From assembly GCA_949292905.1 (NCBI GenBank), contig CASFAV010000006.1:476-64475 (forward strand): a DNA stretch of 64,000 nucleotides. The letters run 5' to 3'. The position numbers and the translations under genes are program-made. Shown one piece after another: positions 58,018-64,000 of this stretch. The stretch comes from an uncultured Eubacteriales bacterium. GTDB lineage: Bacteria; Bacillota; Clostridia; Christensenellales; DTU072. Under the pieces are notes generated by a model, which did not search any database, was not told the origin of the DNA, and worked only from the letters and a program-made list of their open reading frames with translations. The first letter of the stretch is position 1; every line of letters starts with the position of its first letter.

Positions 58018-59343
58018 TCAGCCGACGGTAAGCTTTTCCTGCGGTAGTTGCGCGCCGTTATGGCGTACTCCGGGCAGTGTGGCGAATATGAGAGTGAGCC
58101 CGCCGACTCTGCCGAAAAACATCAACAATATCAGTATACATCTCGACAACGCTCCGAGTTCGGGCGTTATGCCGAGAGTGAGCCCGACGGTGCCTATAGC
58201 GGAAGCCGTTTCGAAAAGGCAGGAAAGAATGGGTAAATTTTCCACTTTCGAAATTATAAGTCCTCCGAGGAGGAAAAGTACGAGGTACAGTATAAATATC
58301 GTAGCGGCGCTGCGCACTATGCCTTCGGGCGCGCGGCGTCTGAAGAATTGCGGTTGCTCCTTACGACGGAATACCGAAAACGCGTTCGCGAACAGTACGG
58401 CGACGGTAGTCGTTTTCATACCGCCCGCGGTTGAGCCAGGGGAACCGCCTATAAGCATAAGCGCCATCATCAGCGTCAGTCCCGCCTCGCTTATGGCGGT
58501 AAGATTGACGGTATTGAAGCCCGCCGTTCGCGGCGTTACGGACTGGAAAAGTGATACGAGCAGTCTTTTGCCGAACGGAAGATCGCCGAACTCGAAGAAA
58601 AAGTAATACAGCGTCGGCACGAATATAAGTATCGCGGTCGTAGTGAGAACAACTTTGCTTTGCATACGGTAACGCGAAAACCGCCATTTATTTTTGCGTA
58701 TGTCGTCCCAGGTAACGAAACCTATACCGCCGATTATTATGAGCAACATAACGGGGATATTTACGAGCGGATCGTAGGCAAAAGAGGTAAGCGAGGAGAA
58801 TTCTCCGCGTTCGCCCATAAGGTCGAAGCCTGCGTTGCAGAAAGCGGATACCGAATGGAAAATGCTGTACCATATACCTTTACCCGCGCCGAAAGCCTTG
58901 ATGAAAGAGGGCATCATCACGAGTGCGCCGATAAGCTCGAATATCAATATACCGAGAATTATGAAGCCGTTGAGTTTAACGAGTCCTTTGAAGTCCGGCG
59001 CGGAGATGGCTTCGCGTAAAGTGCTTCTTTCTTTAAGATTGATTTTTTTGCCTGCCGCCATGGCGAAAGCCACGGTGAGCGTCACCACGCCCATTCCGCC
59101 GATCTGTATCAGAATGAGGATGATTGCCTGACCGAAGCCCGACCAATACAAAGCCGTGTCTTTAACTACGAGACCGGTGACGCAGACTGCGGAAGTGGCG
59201 GTGAAAAGAGAGTCGAAGAAAGAGGCGCCGCGCCCGTCTCTTGTCGCAAAGGGAAGCATCAGCAGGAGACTTCCGAGAAGAATGACCGCGGCGAAACCAA
59301 TAATTATTATTTGAAACGACGATAATTTTCTACGTAATTTCAT
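58018..59343 (-). CDS. TrkH/KtrB-family potassium transporter membrane subunit
   Basis: SAVCVTGL, SAFCNAGF, RTAGF, SAIGTVGL pore loops. Confidence 0.93.
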   Translation of the reverse strand: MKLRRKLSSFQIIIIGFAAVILLGSLLLMLPFATRDGRGASFFDSLFTATSAVCVTGLVVKDTALYWSGFGQAIILILIQIGGMGVVTLTVAFAMAAGKKINLKERSTLREAISAPDFKGLVKLNGFIILGILIFELIGALVMMPSFIKAFGAGKGIWYSIFHSVSAFCNAGFDLMGERGEFSSLTSFAYDPLVNIPVMLLIIIGGIGFVTWDDIRKNKWRFSRYRMQSKVVLTTTAILIFVPTLYYFFFEFGDLPFGKRLLVSLFQSVTPRTAGFNTVNLTAISEAGLTLMMALMLIGGSPGSTAGGMKTTTVAVLFANAFSVFRRKEQPQFFRRRAPEGIVRSAATIFILYLVLFLLGGLIISKVENLPILSCLFETASAIGTVGLTLGITPELGALSRCILILLMFFGRVGGLTLIFATLPGVRHNGAQLPQEKLTVG

Positions 59344-59354
59344 AATTCTAAAAC

Positions 59355-59383
59355 ATTATAGCATAGCGCGGCGCGATAGGCAA
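59355..59383 (-). promoter_or_regulatory. Sigma-A-type promoter for the potassium uptake pair
   Basis: Minus strand TTGCCT-17 bp-TATAAT with TG extension; very short leader before the ATG. Confidence 0.6.
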
Positions 59384-59405
59384 GCGTATTGCATAAAGAA
59401 CGCCG

Positions 59406-59774
59406 CTTCCGGGCGGGCAGATGCAGCGCGTGGCGATCGCGAGATCTATAGTCAACGAACCCGACATCATACTTGCCGACGAACCCACGGGCGCGCTCGA
59501 TTCCGTCTCCGGCGTACAGGTCATGGAGCTTCTCAAAGAAATATCTTCCGAGCGTCTGGTCATCATGGTCACCCATAACGAGCAACTTGCCCGCGAATAC
59601 GCCACCCGCATCATAGACCTTAAAGACGGCATAGTGACGAGCGACTCCAATCCTTCAGAACTTCCCGAAGCGGACGGTATACCTGCCGAAACCATCGAAG
59701 AGGGCGCGGTAAGCGAAAAAGCCGCCCCGATGAGGGCGGCTTTTTTTACGCTTTTTATTATTATTCGAGCTTAG
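59406..59774 (+). pseudogene. 5'-truncated ABC ATPase fragment
   Basis: LPGGQMQRVAIAR...LADEPTGALD...MVTHN. No Walker A or RBS, and the frame runs through a terminator. Confidence 0.8.
59716..59747. terminator. Bidirectional terminator
   Basis: AAAAAGCCGCCC-CGATGA-GGGCGGCTTTTTTT. Confidence 0.75.
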
Positions 59775-61146
59775 TCGAAGGCGCTTCGGCAGCCGCAGCT
59801 TCTGCGGAAACTTCCGGTGTGCCGGAGTCGGTCGTGGTTTCCGTGTTCGCAGTCGTAACGGTAGGATTCAATACTCTTTGAACTTTTTTGACGGCGTTTT
59901 TGTCTGGAAGCAGAACCGACTTTTTCGCAAAGAATATCGTTCCGAATACCGCTAGTGTCAGTATCGTCAGTATGATGCCCGATATGATCGAGCCGATGAA
60001 AGAGAACAGGCTCGTGAGAAGGGATACCGCAAAAAGACTGATGAAAATTATGAACTTCTTTTTGTCTGCGGTGACGGGCACTTCTTCTTCGATGATAACG
60101 GGTTGCTCCTCTTTCTTTTTGATAGCGGCGGCTTTATAATCGGTAATTTGTCGCGCGGTAACGCTTTCTTTGTCGATCTCCGGTTTTTCTTCGTTGTATT
60201 TTTCCGTTCTGATGAGGTAACGTTTCAGCGCGAAATCTTTTTCCGCTTCCGTAAGCGTTACCGGGAAATCGGGGTATCGGCTGTGGATCTCCGCTTTTTT
60301 CTCGTATGCGGCAAGCGACAGTTCCGCGAGTTCGTTTTCCATTTCTTTTTTGATACGCTCTTTCTGCAAAGAATAGTATTCTTCTTTGATCGTTTCGTGC
60401 ATATTGTCCGCAAAAGAAATTTTCTGTATAACAATATTTGTTACTTCTGCGCCGAACGGGGCAAGTACGGCATTCAGATTGTCGCACAGTTCGGCTTTTA
60501 ATTCGGTGTATTTACCGCACAGAGCATAGAAACCTATTCCGTTTTCGTCCAGGAAATTTTGTAGAGTATGACGGTATTCGGTATTGACGAGATCCGACAG
60601 GGCTTCCAACGTATCGGGAAGATTTATCGAAGCTACGTCTATATCCAGAAAATCGAAAAATTTACAAGCGTTTTTCAGTTTTACCGAGAAGCGCACCTCG
60701 CTGAGAAGCGCGGCGGGAATATGTAACTCTTTATCGAAATAATATACTTCTTCGCCTTTATGCGAAACGTAGTTAAAAACGATGACCAGTTTGCCGTCGA
60801 GGCTTTTTCTGAGAGCGAAAGCGTCGCCGTTCCACTTGGAAGATGTCGCTTTCAGCCTCTGGGCAAAAAATATCTGCGCGATCTTATCGTAATACTGTTT
60901 TTCGGTCAGGTATATAAAGTTGCTATAGCTTTGATTTATCGCCAGCTCCAGAATGGCTTTGCCGTTCGGAGCGTCCTTGTCGAGCGTAGCGAGCAAAGAC
61001 GGTCTTTCCGAGATCAGTCTGACAATGGCTTTATTGTCGACAGGGTTTTCCGGGTCCAGACTTCCCAACGCCTGTTTACCCGATAATACGTTCATACACG
61101 TTTGTCTGATGTCTTCGGGGAATGTATCTTTGATTTGATTGTCCAT
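59761..61146 (-). CDS. Hypothetical protein with SPFH/band-7-like core, coiled coil and two C-terminal TM helices
   Basis: LNAVLAPFGAEVTNIVIQKISF followed by an E/K-rich helix; hydrophobic hairpin near residues 365-407; RBS AAGGAGG. Confidence 0.55.
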   Translation of the reverse strand: MDNQIKDTFPEDIRQTCMNVLSGKQALGSLDPENPVDNKAIVRLISERPSLLATLDKDAPNGKAILELAINQSYSNFIYLTEKQYYDKIAQIFFAQRLKATSSKWNGDAFALRKSLDGKLVIVFNYVSHKGEEVYYFDKELHIPAALLSEVRFSVKLKNACKFFDFLDIDVASINLPDTLEALSDLVNTEYRHTLQNFLDENGIGFYALCGKYTELKAELCDNLNAVLAPFGAEVTNIVIQKISFADNMHETIKEEYYSLQKERIKKEMENELAELSLAAYEKKAEIHSRYPDFPVTLTEAEKDFALKRYLIRTEKYNEEKPEIDKESVTARQITDYKAAAIKKKEEQPVIIEEEVPVTADKKKFIIFISLFAVSLLTSLFSFIGSIISGIILTILTLAVFGTIFFAKKSVLLPDKNAVKKVQRVLNPTVTTANTETTTDSGTPEVSAEAAAAEAPSTKLE

Positions 61147-61163
61147 AATTTAATCTGTCCTCC

Positions 61164-61352
61164 TTAAAATAAATAATTACTGCACATTTTACAAATGCCG
61201 TCGTTTTTTTTGTTGGCGTGACCGCAAACGGGACAGATCACTGCGTCGTCATAGCGTTCAGCTGCCTCAAGCAGACGCTTAAGTTCTTTTGCAGAGATTT
61301 GTACTTGATCGTTTGTGTCGGATTCAGGCTTTCTTCCCGAAAAATCTTCCAT
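61164..61352 (-). CDS. Small zinc-ribbon protein
   Basis: CPVCGHAN...CKMC; RBS AAGGGAGG; directly upstream of the SPFH-like gene. Confidence 0.7.
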   Translation of the reverse strand: MEDFSGRKPESDTNDQVQISAKELKRLLEAAERYDDAVICPVCGHANKKNDGICKMCSNYLF

Positions 61353-61497
61353 AAAACATATCCTCCCTTACTTATTGTTATTTATTTTATAATAATTCTA
61401 TGATAAAGTCAATATGGTATGATTAAATAGTACTTTCAACTTATTTATCTTGAAAACGTGCCGATCTGAAATAAACCTTCGATAGGGTAAAGCATAA

Positions 61498-61528
61498 TAA
61501 AAAACCGTTCCCATACGGAAACGGTTTT
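61498..61528 (-). terminator. Terminator after tRNA-Pro
   Basis: Minus strand AAAACCGTTTCC-GTATG-GGAACGGTTTTTT. Confidence 0.65.
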
Positions 61529-61604
61529 GGTCTGGGTGAGAAGATTTGAACTTCCGGCCTCTTGAACCCCATTCAAGCGCGCTACCAAGCTGCGCCACAC
61601 CCAG
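61528..61604 (-). tRNA. tRNA-Pro(GGG)
   Basis: 77-nt cloverleaf: CTGGGTG acceptor stem, CTTGA-ATGGGGT-TCAAG anticodon arm, TTCAAAT T-loop, encoded CCA. Confidence 0.95.
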
Positions 61605-61642
61605 ATATGAGCCTTACGGCTCGGGATATAAATAAGACTTCG

Positions 61643-61903
61643 TTAGGCTTTCTTCAGATCGGAAAGCATCTTGCTCAAACGCGCCACCTTGCGACTCACG
61701 GTGTTATCCTTGTAGATGCCCGCTTTGGTGATGGTGCTGACGGTCACGGGGAGAAGCTCCTCGGCGAGGGCTACGTTGCCTTCGGCGATAGCAGCTTCGT
61801 ATTTTTTGACAGCGTTCTTGCACTTGGTGCGCAGGCTGGTGTTCTTCGCGTTTTCTTCCTTCGTTATCAGGATCCTTTTTTTCTGGGACTTAATGTTTGC
61901 CAT
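61643..61903 (-). CDS. rpsT: 30S ribosomal protein S20
   Basis: MANIKSQKKRI...NTVSRKVARL. Confidence 0.96.
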   Translation of the reverse strand: MANIKSQKKRILITKEENAKNTSLRTKCKNAVKKYEAAIAEGNVALAEELLPVTVSTITKAGIYKDNTVSRKVARLSKMLSDLKKA

Positions 61904-62028
61904 TATTATCTCCTTATTTTTGCTTGACTATCATATCGTATCTCACGTGCCTAAATATAATATCACAATAGTTTTAAGTTTGCAATCGATTTTCGAATTA
62001 TTTTTTGAGTTGTGCCAACACTATTTTT

Positions 62029-62862
62029 ATGAGCGAATTTTGCGAACTGGTAGCCGAATACGAAACGATGAACGCCGCGCGCCTTGCGGGGGCGTTCGCG
62101 GCGGAAGGAAAAATATCTCTCGACAGACGCGACGACGGCGGAAACAGTACGTATTTCATAACTCTCGGAGAAGACCTGTATTACGATCCCGAGTTGAAAG
62201 CGGAGCTTGCGGACAGAGTCGCGCGCGTATTGCGCGCGCTGTTGAAGAAGCACGGCGTGACCAAGCGCGATCTCGTGATGACGGTGGGAGTAGGCAACGA
62301 GGGTATGACTGCCGACGCTCTGGGCGCTAAAACCCTGAAGTACCTCGATATAACGGAACACCTTTACGCCGCCAAGCTCAAACCGAGAGGCAAAGGACGC
62401 CTGTCCGGAGTGGCGAGCGGGGTGAGCGGCGTTACGGGGCTCGAATCCTACGAGATAGTGCGCGGGGTGACGGACAGAGTGTCCCCGAAACTCGTCATAG
62501 CGGTGGATACGCTTGCGGCAAGACAGGCTTCGAGGCTCAAGCGCGTCGTGCAGATATCGGACAGAGGGCTGATACCGGGCTCCGGAGTCAGTAACGCCAG
62601 AGCGCCGCTCAACGCCGAAAGTCTCGGCGTTCCCGTCGTGGCGATAGGAGTGCCGCTGGTGATATACGCAAGGAATATCCTTCTCGAATACGCCGGAGGA
62701 TACAGACTTTCCGACCTCGCGGGAGGGAAAGACAACGCCTATAACCGTTCGGCTCGCGAACTCGAGGATCTCGTGGTCACGCTGAAAGAGATAGACCTCG
62801 CGGTGGAGGACTTCGCGGAAGCTTTGGGCAGAGGCATCAACGCGGCGGTGCACGGTATGTAA
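62029..62862 (+). CDS. gpr: GPR germination endopeptidase
   Basis: VGVGN..MTADALG, IAVDTLAAR, QISDRGLIPGSGV, LGVPVVAIGVP; divergent from rpsT as is typical in Firmicutes. Start uncertain. Confidence 0.88.
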   Translation: MSEFCELVAEYETMNAARLAGAFAAEGKISLDRRDDGGNSTYFITLGEDLYYDPELKAELADRVARVLRALLKKHGVTKRDLVMTVGVGNEGMTADALGAKTLKYLDITEHLYAAKLKPRGKGRLSGVASGVSGVTGLESYEIVRGVTDRVSPKLVIAVDTLAARQASRLKRVVQISDRGLIPGSGVSNARAPLNAESLGVPVVAIGVPLVIYARNILLEYAGGYRLSDLAGGKDNAYNRSARELEDLVVTLKEIDLAVEDFAEALGRGINAAVHGM

Positions 62863-62893
62863 CACGCTTGAAGCGGTACGCATATATTGGCGT

Positions 62894-63592
62894 ATGCACA
62901 TAGGCGTTACGGACTCGGGAATAGGCGGGCTCGCGCTTCTTGCAGAGCTCGTCAAAAAATTTCCGGATAATCGATTTACATATTACTCGGATAACCGATA
63001 CGCTCCTTACGGTAGCCGAAACATCGATTATCTGAGACGGCGTGTGTATAGCGTCTGCGACGAACTCATAGGTCGCGGAGCGCAGGCGATAGCCTTGGGG
63101 TGCAATACGGCGGGGAGTAATCTCGCAAGCGAACTGCGCGCCTCGTATGCCCTGCCCGTCGCCGCCGTTTCTCCCGAAGCTTATCCCGAAAAAGAAAAGA
63201 CGCTCGTCATGTGCACGCCGCTCACCGCGCTTTCGCGGGGAGTAAAAGAGTACGTTGCGCGCGGAGCCGCGGTGTACGCGGATCCCGCGCTCGTACCGCT
63301 CATCGAAAGGCACCGCTTCGATCTTACTCCCGTTACCGAATACGTTTTGCCTAAAATAGAGGAGTACGCTCCCGAAGCCGTGTCGCTCGGTTGTACCCAT
63401 TACGTATATCTTGCCGGGCATATCTCTTCCGCCATAAGCGTGAAGCTGTACGACGGCTGCGCGCGCGCCGCGAAAGAACTTGCCCCCTTAGTCTGCGGCG
63501 GCGAGCGCGGCTCCGTTTCTTTCGTTTTCAGCGGCGAAAACGAAAGCGAAGCGTACGGAATTTTATTGCGCAGACTTATTTCGCGCGATTAG
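62894..63592 (+). CDS. murI: Glutamate racemase
   Basis: DSGIGG, APYG, CNTA, LGCTHY. Confidence 0.88.
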   Translation: MHIGVTDSGIGGLALLAELVKKFPDNRFTYYSDNRYAPYGSRNIDYLRRRVYSVCDELIGRGAQAIALGCNTAGSNLASELRASYALPVAAVSPEAYPEKEKTLVMCTPLTALSRGVKEYVARGAAVYADPALVPLIERHRFDLTPVTEYVLPKIEEYAPEAVSLGCTHYVYLAGHISSAISVKLYDGCARAAKELAPLVCGGERGSVSFVFSGENESEAYGILLRRLISRD

Positions 63593-63685
63593 AAGCGCAA
63601 ATTTCGAAATTTGGAAAATTTCCTTGAAATTTATCCCCGCATATAGTATCATAGATGTACTGTTAATTAAAGGAGATAATTATAG

Positions 63686-64000
63686 ATGGCAGTTTTTCAC
63701 AAGGATAAAATCAGAAATATAGCCTTGATAGGTCACGGCGGCGAGGGCAAGACTTCTTTGCTCGAAGCCATGCTTTACAAGACGAAGGCTATCGACCGTC
63801 TCGGCAAAGTCGACGACGGCAACTCGGTATCCGACTACGATCAGGAAGAAATAGCGCGTAAAATGTCCATCGGACTTTCGATGGCATACGTTCAATATAA
63901 AGATTACAAATTCAATATCCTCGACTGTCCCGGATTTTTCGATTTCGAAGGCGAGATGACGGCGGCTCTTGCGGTAGCGGACGCGGCAATACTCGTTACG
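63686..64000 (+). CDS. Elongation factor G-like GTPase (EF-G paralog), 5' part only
   Basis: RBS AAGGAG; MAVFHKDKIRNIALIGHGGEGKTSL...EIARKMSI...NILDCPGFFDF. Absent from the ORF track because it runs off the window. Confidence 0.88.
   Translation, partial: MAVFHKDKIRNIALIGHGGEGKTSLLEAMLYKTKAIDRLGKVDDGNSVSDYDQEEIARKMSIGLSMAYVQYKDYKFNILDCPGFFDFEGEMTAALAVADAAILVT

Noticed and set aside
59343..59420. c-di-AMP riboswitch upstream of the potassium transporter
   Set aside because: The promoter lies about 11 nt from the ATG and no ydaO-type structure is visible.
61398..61598. 66-aa ORF MAQLGSALEWGSRGR...
   Set aside because: It is a translation of the tRNA-Pro gene.
57237..61604. Prophage or ICE integrated at tRNA-Pro
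   Set aside because: No integrase, phage or conjugation genes and no att duplication seen in the window.

Overview
The window looks like a chromosomal segment of a spore-forming, anaerobic Clostridia-type Firmicute. This is inferred from spoVG, gpr, the FeFe-hydrogenase cluster and a Re-citrate-synthase-like gene. Most of it is housekeeping: argG-H-C-J-B-F-carA-carB, trxB, murC, rpmE-(DUF1385/prmC)-prfA, thrC, trpS, ung, nadE, a regulatory plus electron-bifurcating [FeFe]-hydrogenase cluster, a Ktr/Trk potassium uptake pair, tRNA-Pro(GGG), rpsT, gpr, murI and the start of an EF-G paralog. Small accessory patches sit at both ends: a GH20/sugar-transporter cassette bracketed by a duplicated gene end, and an AT-richer patch beside tRNA-Pro. 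I saw no CRISPR array, integrase or transposase. The most unusual items are: (1) an RNA-polymerase alpha-CTD-like domain joined by a charged linker to WG repeats; (2) CarB fused to a DapF-fold domain with both catalytic Cys changed to Ser; (3) a heptad-repeat Asn/Ser/Cys protein with two GPR-cleavage-like motifs and a rubredoxin-like tail; (4) a DUF5685 protein with two DDxxD-like motifs coupled to an HPD-less J-like protein ending in Cys-Cys; (5) a candidate anti-Shine-Dalgarno sRNA. All calls come from motif recognition by eye; no searches were run.
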